Assembly: GCA_905178155.1 (NCBI GenBank)
Contig: CAJINV010000017.1
Coordinates: 860,722 to 924,721 of the forward strand
Direction of reading: 5' to 3'
From: Amoebophrya sp. A120
Lineage: Eukaryota; Protista; Dinoflagellata
DNA: 64,000 nt
The translations under genes were made by a program, and so were the position numbers. Shown in pieces: positions 48,873 to 60,879 of the stretch (positions are counted from its first letter, which is position 1; each line of letters opens with the position of its first letter). The notes beneath the pieces are model-generated. The model worked only from the letters and a program-made list of their open reading frames with translations. It did not search any database and was not told where the DNA came from.

Positions 48873-50822
48873 ATGTCCTCCAAGCTTGACATTCTTGCGC
48901 GGTACGCCGGGGGCGGAGCCGGTGCACAGAACAGCAGTGGCAAGGAGAAGGGCCACAAGAAGCAAAAGGCAGAAAAGAACATCATGCTGAGGGTGCGCGA
49001 CGAGGGCGACATTGATGACATGCGGCGACAAAAGCCGAAGAAAAAGCGGAAGCGCGAAGACGAGCTCGGGATGGATCTGGAGCGCGGCGACGTGCAGATC
49101 GTGAATAGTGCGGATCTGTTGACGGCGCAGAGTCGCATTAAAGAAAACAAGATTCTGACCAGTGTGTTTGACCCCGATTCAGCTGCAATAAACGATCGCG
49201 GAACAAACAACAATACCTACCGCGAGGACCGCAACGCGGACGCGGTTGTTTCGAACTTCCGGGCGAGAAACAAGAGGGAGCATATGACAACAAGTACAAC
49301 AAACATTGAAAAAAAGAAATCTCCTGTTCGCGGCCGGGGTGCAGTGGTCGGCCACCGGGCGGAAAGCGACAGCGACGCGTCCGTTCCACGTGAGAGACCC
49401 GCGGGCAGGAATGAACGAATCGCAAAGAAAGAAAATGATTCCGATAGCGACGTGAGCTTACCGAGAGAGCGACCTGGTGACCTGACATCAAAGCGCGGCC
49501 GCAAGGAGACCGTATCGGACAGCGATGCGAGCCCGCCCCGCGAAAATAAAGCGAAAGCAAATTCGTCACCTCTGCCTCCTGCTTCCCGTGGTCGCGGAGG
49601 AGGACCCCGTTCCGATAACGACGCCAGCCCGCCCCGGGAGCGGTCGTCCGCAGGGCAGAAGGCGGGGAAAGAGCAGCAGGGTAAGCACAGCGCGCGGGGG
49701 TCTGAGTCAGACAGCGATGCCAGCCCGCCACGAAGTAGAGGGCCTGCTGCGAACGGTGGAGAAGTAGTAGATGATGCGCAAAAGAAGCAAGCTGCTGCTC
49801 AACAGGAGAATGATTCCGACAGCGACGTGAGCCTGCCACGGGAGAGGCCAGCAACGACGGCAGCTGCACGACAGGAGCAGAACGACAACGACAGCGAAGA
49901 TCATAAAGCGAAAAATAAGCGAAGAAAAGGGTCTGGTGCGGGGGCCGCTGAAGATAAAAAAGACGGCGCCGACAGCGACATCCTGAGTTCGTCGGACAGC
50001 GATGTTAGTTTGCCCCGCGAAAGACCAGCTGGAGCTGGTCCGGCCGGCAGCACGGGAGACAAAGCATCACCGAGGCGGCGCGCTGCGAGCGACAGCGACG
50101 CCAGTCCTCCGCGCGAGCAGGGGCGAAAAGAAGCCGAAAATTCGGAGGAGGCGGGGGACACGCGCGTGGGGCACTGGAAGGCGGGGATCATGACAAACGA
50201 GGACATCCAGAAGCAGAACGCGGAAATTGCGCGGCGCAAGGAGATTGAGCGCGAGCGCGCGGAGCGGATCCACAAGGCCAACCAGCAGCAGACCAAGTTC
50301 CGCGACGCTCAGGGCCGGCTCATTTCCGCGGAGGAATACAAAAAACAGCAGGAGCGGAAGAAGCGCAAGCAGTACGACCGCCAGGACGCGTCCAAGTGGG
50401 GCAAGGGCCTGGAGCAGGAGCGACGCCAGGAGCAGAGGCGGGAATACGAAAAACGCGTCGGGGAGGAGGAAACCTTCGCCCGGCACACGATCGACGAGCA
50501 CTTGTCGGCGGAGAACAAGGCGAAGGACCGGTGGGACGACCCCTTGGCCGAGTTCGAGGCGAAGCACGTTGCGGGGGACGCGGCCGCGAAGAAGACGTCG
50601 AAGAACAAAGATGGAACTCCCGCAACAGCTCCAGCTGCACCGCCTCCTCCTAAGCCGAAGTGCAAATTTGCGATGCCCACGAATCGGTACAACATCAAGC
50701 CGGGGTACCGCTGGGACGGAAAGATCCGCGGGACCGGGTTTGAAGAAAATATGTTGGCGGCCATGAATCACGCACAGCAGCGGCAAGCCGCGAAGGACCT
50801 TTGGGAGAGGCGGGAATGGTGA
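48873..50822 (+). CDS. BUD13: Pre-mRNA splicing factor BUD13/CWC26 (RES complex), single exon, 649 aa
   Basis: About 8 SDSD(A/V)S(P/L)PR repeats; Bud13 C-terminal domain (T.FRD..GR, WGKGL.Q, RWDDPL, NRYNIKPGYRWDG..RGTGFE). Confidence 0.93.
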   Translation: MSSKLDILARYAGGGAGAQNSSGKEKGHKKQKAEKNIMLRVRDEGDIDDMRRQKPKKKRKREDELGMDLERGDVQIVNSADLLTAQSRIKENKILTSVFDPDSAAINDRGTNNNTYREDRNADAVVSNFRARNKREHMTTSTTNIEKKKSPVRGRGAVVGHRAESDSDASVPRERPAGRNERIAKKENDSDSDVSLPRERPGDLTSKRGRKETVSDSDASPPRENKAKANSSPLPPASRGRGGGPRSDNDASPPRERSSAGQKAGKEQQGKHSARGSESDSDASPPRSRGPAANGGEVVDDAQKKQAAAQQENDSDSDVSLPRERPATTAAARQEQNDNDSEDHKAKNKRRKGSGAGAAEDKKDGADSDILSSSDSDVSLPRERPAGAGPAGSTGDKASPRRRAASDSDASPPREQGRKEAENSEEAGDTRVGHWKAGIMTNEDIQKQNAEIARRKEIERERAERIHKANQQQTKFRDAQGRLISAEEYKKQQERKKRKQYDRQDASKWGKGLEQERRQEQRREYEKRVGEEETFARHTIDEHLSAENKAKDRWDDPLAEFEAKHVAGDAAAKKTSKNKDGTPATAPAAPPPPKPKCKFAMPTNRYNIKPGYRWDGKIRGTGFEENMLAAMNHAQQRQAAKDLWERREW

Positions 50823-52455
50823 GTGCGGTGGTGGAGTAGACATGGTCTATAGTCATGCAGCTGATGTTGATAATCTGTGTGCAAGACGTTCCCGTGCCAA
50901 ACGACAATGAGGGTGTTGTAAGTCGTAAGAGCTGGCACTTGTTACAATACGACAGTGGCCGAAGTGATTTGCAGTTCCACGTTCTATAATGGATGATGAT
51001 GAGCTTGAGCTCCATCTGCTTCGGCCGCATCAAAAAGGGAGCGAGGATGAAAAGACGTTTCAGTCAATCAAACGACGCTACAGCCATGAACCGCGACATA
51101 AAATTTCTTCAACTTATTCTCAATCATAACGAGGATATCTTCAATAAAAAACTAGAATAGCATAGATTAGCGGACCAGGCCTGGGACTGCTAGCGCGCGA
51201 CGAGCCCGTGCTCAGCGGAAGCATGAGTTGTCCTGGTGGTCGCGCATTTTTTTTTTCGAAATTCGAAAAAAATAGAATGAGAGCTGAATGTGTTCGCCCC
51301 CTTGGCTCTATCTCGCCGGCACAACAAAAGAACTACAGCAAGTGGATGCACGATCGAAATGGTTGTTGATTCGGTTTTTTGTATATCTCCTGTCTGCAAG
51401 AATATCAATATTAAAGAAGCACAAGGAAGTTCTTGAAAAAGAGATCATGATGCACCAGGAGATGGAGTGCATGTCATTGACTGATAACACTGCAAGGAAT
51501 TCTTGTAAACAGATGTGTTGCTCGATGACCTTTATTGATCTCTCATCTTCGCTGGGGCTCGCTCCCTATGTGTATTTTTTTCCAATATTACGTTCGCACA
51601 ACAGGGCGACGAGTGATCTGTGCCTATTTTTTTTCGTCCTTGAGAATCCAAAGGGGCCAACTCTGAGCATATCTATTTATGGGAGTTGTCGCATAGTCAT
51701 AAAGCACTAGTGTTCCTTGCTTCGAATAAGAGAATACAGAAAAGTAAGACGAGCCTCCACCGTAGCGATGACGGATTTTTTTTTATTCGAGAGAGAGCGG
51801 AACGACAACGAAATATTTTGCACTTCAGCCGAAGTACGAATATCTTCATCGACCGAGGTGGAGTAAGAGTATCCCATCGATTTCGATATGGATATGATGC
51901 ATAGAGTACAATTTAGGCCTGCGGAAAAAATAAAAGTCTTTGTCATGTTGAGCTCTCTCGATCGACTTCGAATGATTGTCAACCAGCTACTTTATAAAGC
52001 CCTTCCCCTGTTGTATTCCCCATCCCCCGCCCTTGTTGTAGAGATTTTCTCAACACCACGAATACTACTTATACAATACTTCAGAGACAGAGTTAGACAC
52101 CACGAAGCGTTTAGAATTAGCGTTCTTGTCAAAGTGTCGGTTCCCAGTTACACCTAACTATATCAATATCTTCACCCCAACACGTCCACCCCAGAAATAC
52201 CCATATTGAAGGAAAACCACTGAAGAGTTCTTCAGTTGGATTTGACAAATCTACATTTTTTTTCTCCACCGCAGAATCACATCAAACTTTTGTGCAAATA
52301 ACTGTAGTACAGTCCTACTGATTCTCTTCAAAAAAACAAAAACCGTAGTGGTTGTGGTTTCTGGAGGAGTAGGAACAGTAGTATTTTTGCACGACCGTGT
52401 CGAGAGGGTTATAGCTTTGTAGTACAACTATAAAAATCTTCGTCACGAACACAAG

Positions 52456-55400
52456 ATGGCAGATACCGTCGTCGTACTCGGTACTAACTTCTTCCACATC
52501 ATGCTCCATGTAATACGCGTCGCGTACTTTGACTTTGCATCACAGCTCTAGTACTATGCATGGGCCGTCACTGAAAAAAAGTTCAGACTGAACTTCGGCA
52601 TTGTTGCGTGAATTGCACTTGCTCTCTACTCTCCTCGCTTTTATCCCTGCGGCGTCGTCTCAAGACCCTGGATCTGCATACTGTCTCTCCATCGATTTTC
52701 ATCTTTCCCATATAAAACACCAGGTGGCGGTCTCTCCGGTATGGCTGCGGCCAATACCGTGATGGAGCATGGCGGAAAGGTCGTTCTCTTGGACAAGTCC
52801 GCGTTTTTACGAAACAAAAAGGCACCAGCTTCGAAGTGGTCAACGAACTGCATCATATTCATATCTGCAAAGAGTCACTTTATCAGGATCTTGCCAAGAA
52901 AGTTATTTGCACGACGTAACAGTAAGTGCGTCTAGGGGCAGAAAAGCAAGACTTCCTTGTGATCGATAGCCCGAAGAACACACCACAGACAAGGAAGTCC
53001 ACGGTGTTCTTGACCGCGTAAACAAATGTTGATATGGAGAAGCAGTATGTACCAGAACCGCCGGGAAGATGAACATGATCAATTCTGTTACACCTTGTAG
53101 CGAAGCCTTTTTTTTCCTCTGCATATTCTTGCGGGGGCAACTCGACCAAGGCGACCTCGGGCATCAACGGCGCCAACACGAAGTCCCAGAAGGCGCTGGG
53201 CATCGAGGACAGTGTGGAGCTGTTTTCCTCCGATTGTCTGAAGGGCGGAGCCAAGAAGCCGGAGCTGGTCAAGGTGCTGGCCACCAACTCGGGTCCGGAC
53301 TGCGACTGGCTGATGGACGTTTTTGGACTGGACCTCTCCCTCGTCGTATCCCGAAAAAAAAGTGCATACAGTTGCACGCACCTTGTTGGAACTCCAACTC
53401 TAGCAGTATAGGCTTGTCCCGTACCAATGACACACAGGAAAACTCACAATGTGAAGAACAAGAAGCTCCTCTTCACGAAACACGCATAAAGAAACTACGA
53501 GGCCCGCAAGCATTTTTGGCATGGATGGCATAGGTTTCTTGCTTCGTCTGCTGCAACGCAAGGTGTAACTGTAGCGCTTTTTTCTTTGCATACGTCGCCC
53601 GACTGGGGGGTCACTCCGCGCCGCGGACCCACCGTGGTAAGGAGCGCTTCCCGGGTATGACCATCACCTACGCGCTGATATGCGAATGCACAATTGTTGT
53701 TCCCTATGAATGTTGCCTGAATTCGCATGATCAGATCTCAATATGCAAATGAAGCTGCATACTAAAAACTTATGCTGGAGTCTGCAGTCAATACACATAG
53801 CCGCAGGAGTTCGACGTCGTAATCTGCCTGCGTCACGAGGACGAAATTGGTAGTATGTGATCTTGTATTGCGAAGTGAATTGGCTACAACACGGGGGGTA
53901 GTTGTGCATTGTCATACGTGATCCAAATGGTGGAGAAGATCGCTGAGAAAACCAACGGCTCTGTCGCGCAGGTGGTCACGAAGGCCCGGTATCAGATGTG
54001 GTTGTGGTTGTGGTTGTTCTCTTGAGTGTATTAGATTCAGGAGGACCATTATGTTTATGTATGAGTCATTGGTTCAAGCGGATCATGCGATACCAAAAGT
54101 AGGTGGTGGTTTTGCAAGATGAATGCGACTGCATGAAAATGAATGTTTGCGCAACATACACATGAAATGCATTAACAGTGCCACGAGCCTGATCTTCCAG
54201 GGTGGAAAGGTGGTGGGCGTTAACTACGAGAAGGGTGGGCAGTCCTTGAAGCAGATGGGTCCGGTCATCATCGCCACCGGCGGCTTCGGCGCCGACTTCT
54301 CGCAGGATTCCCTGCTGGCCAAGTACCGACCCGACTTGATGCACTTGCCGACCTCCAATGGCGAGCACTGCACTGGTACACGAATTTTAGAATGCATTTT
54401 TCGACGACACTCGTGCATTGTACCATCTCGTACTTCTCATACAATGTATGGGTCACGTTTTTGCAGAATGCAGCGACATGCGGGATAGCTGTTTGTCCTC
54501 GGGATGTTGCAGTAGTTTCCGGCTATAAAAACAACCCCAAACCGGCGTTGTCCCTTGAATTTGAGAGAAGAACTTCATCACATTCTCGACGCATGAGAGT
54601 ACTCTTCATCAGGTGACGGCATCAAGATGGGGGAAGCGATCGGTGCCAAGACCTGCGACCTCGAGTGGGTGCAGGTGCACCCGACCGGTTTGGTGAACCC
54701 GAAGGACCCCGACGCGAAGGTGAAGTTCCTGGCTGCCGAGGCGCTGCGGGGCGTCGGCGGCTTGATCTTCGACAACGACGGGTACCGGTTCGCCAACGAG
54801 CTTGGCCGTCGTGACTACGTCACCGGGGAGATGTGGAAAAACAAGGCTCCCTTCCGCTTGTGCTTGAACAAGGTAATATTTCTGGTTCTTCGTACGTCGA
54901 TTCTCTATAAAAGATGTGACTCCGTCTAGGAGCAGCTTTAAATTTTTTCGTAAAGGAAAAATTTAAATTTGAATTTTGCATTTAATGATTTTCTTTACCG
55001 ACTACAAAATGAAAATGAACCTGGTATCTGCAACTTCACAGGCCGCCTCTGAAGAGATTATCTGGCACTGCAAGCACTACACCGGGCGCGGGGTGATGAA
55101 GTACTACGAGTCTGGCGCGGCTCTCGCGAAGGACATGGGCGTCCCGGTGGAGCGCATGGCCGCGGTCACCGAAGCGCACTACCAGGCCGCGTTGAAGATG
55201 GAGAAGGACCCGGATGGCGGTCCGTTCCCGGCCTACCCCAGCGGCAAGACCTGGGACGAACCCTCCGGTAAGACGGGCTCCGGAAAGAAGTTCTTCCACA
55301 ACACCATCCCGGGGTCGGCCTTCGCAACGGAACCCTTCTACGTCGCCATCATCACCCCGATCATCCACTACTGTATGTTTTTTCTTTTCGTAAATGATCT

Positions 55401-58400
55401 AACTTTGTTCACGTCTCGTTCTTGTGCAGCATCCTATGTTCTTCAAATCAATCTTGAGCGTTTAGTACCTCCAAGCACAAGAACCTGCAAGACAAATGAA
55501 TCACAAAACCCCGTTATCAACCAGGCATGGGCGGTCTGGAGATCACCACGAAGTCCGAGGTGGTGGGTGCCGGTGGCAAGGTGATTCCGGGTCTTTACGC
55601 GGCCGGCGAGGTGATGGGTGGCGTCCACGGCAACAACCGACTGGGCGGCAACTCGCTGCTGGACTGCGTCGTGTACGGGCGCGTGTCCGGAAAGGCGTGC
55701 GCGGAATACCTGCTGGGATCGCGCTTGAAGGCCACGTCTCTGAAGGAGCTGTCCGGGGGCGGTATCTCGGGGGGCGGTACCGAGAAGTCGGCTCTGTCCG
55801 GAGGTTCTTACGAGGACGAACCCAACAAGGGCGCCGCAGCTGCTCCGGCTGGTAAGTGAATCAACATTGATTCGTCTTTCATGAAAAATCTTTTGATTTT
55901 GCTCACTACAACCGCGACAAGAAAAAAAGACGGTAGGAAGGCCAAGGCGTAACACGACTTTTATAAAGAGGAATCTTCCTCCTGCTAGTAACTAACCCAA
56001 GTGTAAGTATGAACGGATCATACCGACGGAAATTCAATACCATGACAGCGGCCGCTGCAGGGGCGGGAAGCTCGGGATACTACTCCCTGGACGAAGTTGC
56101 CAAGCACACGACCGAACAGGGTAAGTTGTATCATTTTGTTTGCTTGCAAATTTTAACGCAACACGATATTTTTGCTGAGCTTGTCATGCGGTCCGATTCC
56201 GATATGAAGATAGCTCTCTGTCATGCATCAGAATGCATCAGTACTGTACTACACCAGAATCAAAACCTCTACCATCAGACTGTTGGGTCGTGGTCGACGG
56301 GAAAGTGCTGGATGTGACCAAGTTTCTCCCCGACCACCCCGGCGGTGCACTGGCAATCCTGACCTTCGCCGGAAAGGATGCAACCGAGGAGTTTAACATG
56401 ATCCACCCGCCAGATGTGATCCAGAAGTACGCTCCGGACGCCATCATCGGGCAGATCGGTATAGATACTTTCTCGGGATCAGCACGCTCTTGCGGCGGCT
56501 ATTCCTATTTCTTGTTCACTTCTAGATATATGATATTACGTGCATCAGAAATACCAAGGCTAACATGAGCTCCTGCAAAATCAACGTATCAATTTTCATA
56601 CCGAACTACCTCATTAGGCACGCCCCCCGCCAACGCTCCGGCGGCTGCGGGCGGTTTGGACGCGCCCCTGTTGAAGAAGTCTGCGGCCGCGGGCGACGCG
56701 TTCGCAAACGAGCAGGCGTGGGGCGGCTGGCGCGAGCAGATGAAGGAGGAGAACCCCGGGGTCTTGTACGTCAATGTGGGCGCGTACTTCACGGCCGCAC
56801 TGAACATGGCCTCCGCGTTTTTGTTGGAAATTATCCTCACCATCTTCAGCATCAGCAATTTCAAATTCACCAACGACCGGTCCGGTCTGACGCGGTCCGC
56901 GATTCTGATGATCCTGTTCATGGTGGTGCACGCGGTCGGAAACCTGCACATCTTCCTCGGGCCGGACGACTTCAACGGCTACGGCTACTTCTACGTCCGA
57001 CTGTACTGGACCTGCCTCGGGCTGGTGCAAGCCAACATCGTGGAGGTCTACATCGCGCTGGGTGCGGTTATCCACGTCATGGTCGCGCTGAAGCGAACTT
57101 GGGACATCAACCGCAACTACGCACTGAACTCCGGAAAGTTGAACCTCGCGATGACCGGAACGCTGTTGCTGGTCTTCATGTTGATCCACTTTATCAAATG
57201 TAAAAATGTCTGGGTCTGGAAGGATGCAAGGATTGTTATGCACATTTTGCATGACTCCTGATGTCTGCGATGCATGCCCTAGCATCACAGATCTTGTGAG
57301 GGCTTTCTGATGCCTATACCGCATGAGAAATGCCCTCTCGCCGTGGCCAAAACCAGACCTCTTTTGCTGTTCATGCAATACAGATTTTTGGATAATGCAG
57401 ACGCAGCATCACAAGTTACATTCTTCCAGACCTAGACATTTTTGCAATCCATACACTTGAAGCAGTTCCGATTCGGCGAGACGCAGAAGTTCCTGGTCCG
57501 ACCCCCACCGTACCTGGTCAACCTGCACCCGATATCCCCGAGAAAAAAGATGAGACTACAGTACGACAATATTTGTGATGCTGATGCAAAACTGAAAATC
57601 AGTGGTGCGCAAAAGACAAGATCTCAGTAGACAGCTGGCTATGTTGGCTATGGACTCACGACGCCCGCCCATGACAACTTTTGGCATGTTATTTTTTTGT
57701 CCGTGTATTTAATATCAGCAGTGCATGACAAACACAAATGAAGAAATACTCGCGATGTTTTTCGCGGTTCTGACCCTAGATCTCCTGCGTCCGAAGCTGC
57801 TTGCGGCGACGGTGCAAAGGTTTTTGATGTGGCGCAGTCGGGTATGCATGACAAACACAAATAGTTCATCGTCCTACTATTACTTATCTTTTTTCTGTGT
57901 GATACCCAAGCGACTGGCTGCACCTGCGCCTCTTCTGGTCCACGGACGAGAGCATCACTCCGGTGCCGGTGCGCGATATCTACAAGCTGGAATTCGACCT
58001 CTTCCAGGACGCCATCTGGGTGCTGTGGTATAAATGTTGATGGTCTTCTTGTCTACAACTAAGTGGAAACAAAAACGCAGCGCAAGATGGAAAATGGTTT
58101 ATATCTACTTCATCGCGCGGCATGACTATGACAAATCAGATTAGTTGATCGCAGTGGCATTTATCATCATTATAACCCGATGAACCAGGTACCTCTTCTC
58201 CACCACAATGTTCCTGATGCATGCCTGCTGGGGATGGCAAAAGGTTGTTCCGTCTTCCCTGTTCAAGATCCCGAAGGGGCACCACAAGCGTGTGATACGG
58301 ATTGCAAAACTATCGGACGTATTTCGTACGAATTGCAACATCCGCAATCTGAAACAGTAGAAAATAAAGGGTGATGAATTTGTAGTGCATTTTTTGCAGG

Positions 58401-58617
58401 AAAAAAATGAATTTGTAATACTGTGGTCGTAGCTAATAAACGATATTTATCTGTCATGCAATATTGCAATTACTCACGATCAGTGCGATAGTTTTGCACG
58501 GGATACGTGACCAACATGGGATACGTCATCATGGCCTGCATCGCGTTGTGCTACTTCTCCTTCCCCCTCTACTGCTTCTTCTTCCCCATGAAGCAGGGAG
58601 CGTTCGGCGTCAGCTAA
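52456..58617 (+). CDS. FAD fumarate reductase (Osm1/flavocytochrome c type) + cytochrome b5 + diheme SdhC/FrdC-like (b558) membrane anchor; 16 exons, 939 aa
   Basis: [14 protein letters not shown] (Rossmann), [53 protein letters not shown]; b5 motif [23 protein letters not shown]; C-terminal 5-TM domain with 4 His. 9 GT-AG introns plus 6 introners; exon total 2820 nt. Confidence 0.92.
52808..53125. mobile_element. TIR introner
   Basis: tacgaaacaaaaaggc / gccttttttttcctctgcata; DR gtttt/ttctt; restores DKSAF|CGGNS. Confidence 0.85.
53347..53592. mobile_element. TIR introner
   Basis: tatcccgaaaaaaaagtgcatacagttgcac / gtgtaactgtagcgctttttttctttgcata; perfect DR cgtcg; restores LSLV|ARLGGHS. 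Confidence 0.92.
53679..53916. mobile_element. TIR introner, family B-like
   Basis: tatgcgaatgcacaa / ttgtgcattgtcata; DR gctga/cgtga; restores ITYAL|IQMVEK. Confidence 0.9.
57192..57453 (+). mobile_element. TIR introner, family C
   Basis: tatcaaatgtaaaaatgtctgggtctggaa / ttccagacctagacatttttgcaatccata; perfect DR cactt; restores FMLIH|LKQFRF. Confidence 0.93.
57533..57904. mobile_element. TIR introner
   Basis: tatccccgagaaaaaaagatgag / cttatcttttttctgtgtgata; DR cccga/cccaa; in frame. Confidence 0.88.
58296..58505. mobile_element. TIR introner
   Basis: tacggattgcaaaactatcg / cgatagttttgcacgggata; DR tgtga/cgtga; in frame to the final TM exon. Confidence 0.88.
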
Positions 58618-60162
58618 GGGATCGATCGGAGGAAAGCAGGAGAAGAGGACGTAGCAGAACCAAAATGAAAATGAAAATAAAAAGAAGCAAGTTCTGCGAG
58701 GACACGACTACAGATCATCAATAGCAGCTCCGGTTTGTCGGAGGTGGACACAGTACTACGACAGCACAATTTTTAAGACGCGACGGAGTTGGATCGAAAG
58801 CGGGAGCTTGCAGACAACTTCGAATTGAAATTTTCCTCTTTGCGACAGACGACACAGCCTCCACGCCGAACAGCGAACAGAAGCGACAGTACAGACGACA
58901 AACACGACAACAAGCACCAGCACATCATGTCCACGTCGCGGCTGAAAAATAAGATAGTATTAAAAAAAAAGATATCAGCACTCGAATTCTCGTTTCATGG
59001 TTTCTCTGTCGCGCTTGTCTGGTTCCAGGAGATTGTTCTTTTCTCATGGTATCAGGCAGTAGCCGCAAAACAGTCGACGTTTTTGGCGATGATGTACTAA
59101 TATTTTCTTATTCCTTCGTTTCGCTTTCGTATTCGATATGATGTAGATAGTCTTAAATCCATCTTATTGAGCAGGTATGCTCTCGGCCGAAAGCAGCAGC
59201 TCAGAGCAAAACTTAAGGAAAAAAGAGTCGAAAAGAGGGCACTATATTATCATTACCCTTTTTTATGTTTAGCTTTAACTTTAACTTTAAGGAATCAACA
59301 GAATCACAGTTTAGAATCAGACAAATCAGTATCAGTCTAGTTGTAAGGATTATAGACAAGAAGAACGCAGGCGGGTTGTTCAGTTGTATTAGAGTAATAA
59401 ACAAAAGAAAATACTAGTTTGACAAGAATTTCATGCCAGTTTTGTATGCGAAAACGAGGTGTGAACTCACCGTATGTAGCAGAGTTATCTTTTACGAGAA
59501 ATATTCTAAGCCAGGCGCAAATAATTTGCGCCAAATTTGCGGGAAATTTGGTATCTAGCACTTGTTTTGCTACCCGCGCCGACTGCTGTTAAGGACAGCT
59601 TCACCGTAAGTGACCAGATCGTACAGAATTTTCCATCGCGGAGGCGTGGGAACAAAATTCCTTCGTCTCTCCGAGTTATGTTTGTGATTTATGAAAAATT
59701 AAGTTGCAAAATAAAATCGTGTCTTAAAAGGAACAGACAGCTTACTTTATCATTTTTTGAATGCAGCAGCGGCAGAGCAGGTAATTTCTATCACAGCTTT
59801 ACTTTACTTGGATAGTGCGCAAGGCCTGGTGACGCTTCTATCTGTCAGGCATGCTGGCAATTGTTGGTCAGAACGGTACGCGCTGAGGCCTAGAATTATT
59901 CGCGCTAGCATCTTGATTGGGGTCAGACCTTGCGTATATACCCGGGCGCGGTGCCCTCGTGAAGCGGCTTTTTTTACACTGCGAAAATATAAGGACCCTA
60001 CTGGCCTACGCGCGCCATACCATGCGGGTTGGCCCTTTGAAGTCTTCTGGTTTTTGCTTTTGTCTTTTACTCACGTCTTTCCGGAGTCCCGGGATTTCCG
60101 GGATCCCGGGATTTATCGTGAAACTGGTGAAAATGTGAAAAAGTTGCATTGTTTTGACTGCT

Positions 60163-60480
60163 AATCGCGATGGCATGCCATCTTTTTCACGAGCTTTTTC
60201 ACCGTGAAAAAAATCGTGAAAAAGCCTGCCAATTGTGCCGCGAATCGCAATGCTACGGGCCTTGTTTCCGGAGTTGGTTTGTCTTGGTTTTCCACGGTAT
60301 TTCGCGAAAGCCGCGCAGCCAAATCGCGATGGCATGGCCCTTTTTTCACGATGTTTCTCACCGTGACACAAATCGGAAGAAGCGCTGCGCGTCTACCTTG
60401 AATCGCGATGGTATGCGCCGGCTTCCGGAGTTGGTTTCCGTGGTTTGCCACGCGCGTCGCGTTTGTGGGCCGCGACGGTG
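60163..60480. repeat. Diverged ~160-bp tandem duplication with internal hairpins
   Basis: aatcgcgatggcatg…tttttcacg…tcaccgtga and ttccggagttggttt each recur about 160 bp apart; ttttcacg/cgtgaaaa inverted repeats. Confidence 0.7.
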
Positions 60481-60879
60481 TGGCCCGTGTTTCACGGAGC
60501 GCCCCCCTTGCAACGCTTCTCGCCAGGCTTCTGGCTGGCGTCGCGAAAACCCGCACCGCGGCACATTGGGGCAATATTTCCGTTGCGCGCCCGGGCGCGT
60601 GTCTACTTTTCCCTTGCTGGCCCTTGCCGGCGCGGGCCAGAAAGCGCACGCCCTAACGGCACGGCCCCGACTGCTCGGCGCACTGCGTGCCCTGGCACAT
60701 GTGGGCGCCAGCGCTTGGGGGCAATACTTTCCCGCGCGCTTTCTTAGTGCGTGCGCCGGCGCATGTGGGCAGTATTCCCCGCGACACTTCTTGGCCTTGG
60801 GTTCTTGCTTGCATGCGCATTCGCCTCCCTATCGCTTGAGTTCTGGCGCGGGTTGGTTGTGACTACGGCGCTGTTGTGT

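Noticed and set aside
27888-50843. Long - strand ORFs (27888-28556, 29286-30092, 41661-42515, 49138-49869, 50067-50843)
   Set aside because: They are antisense shadows of GC-rich + strand exons with no motifs of their own.
16605-57453. Recurring peptide CK(Y/N)VWVWK in several ORF translations, as a protein repeat
   Set aside because: It is the translated TIR of introner family C.
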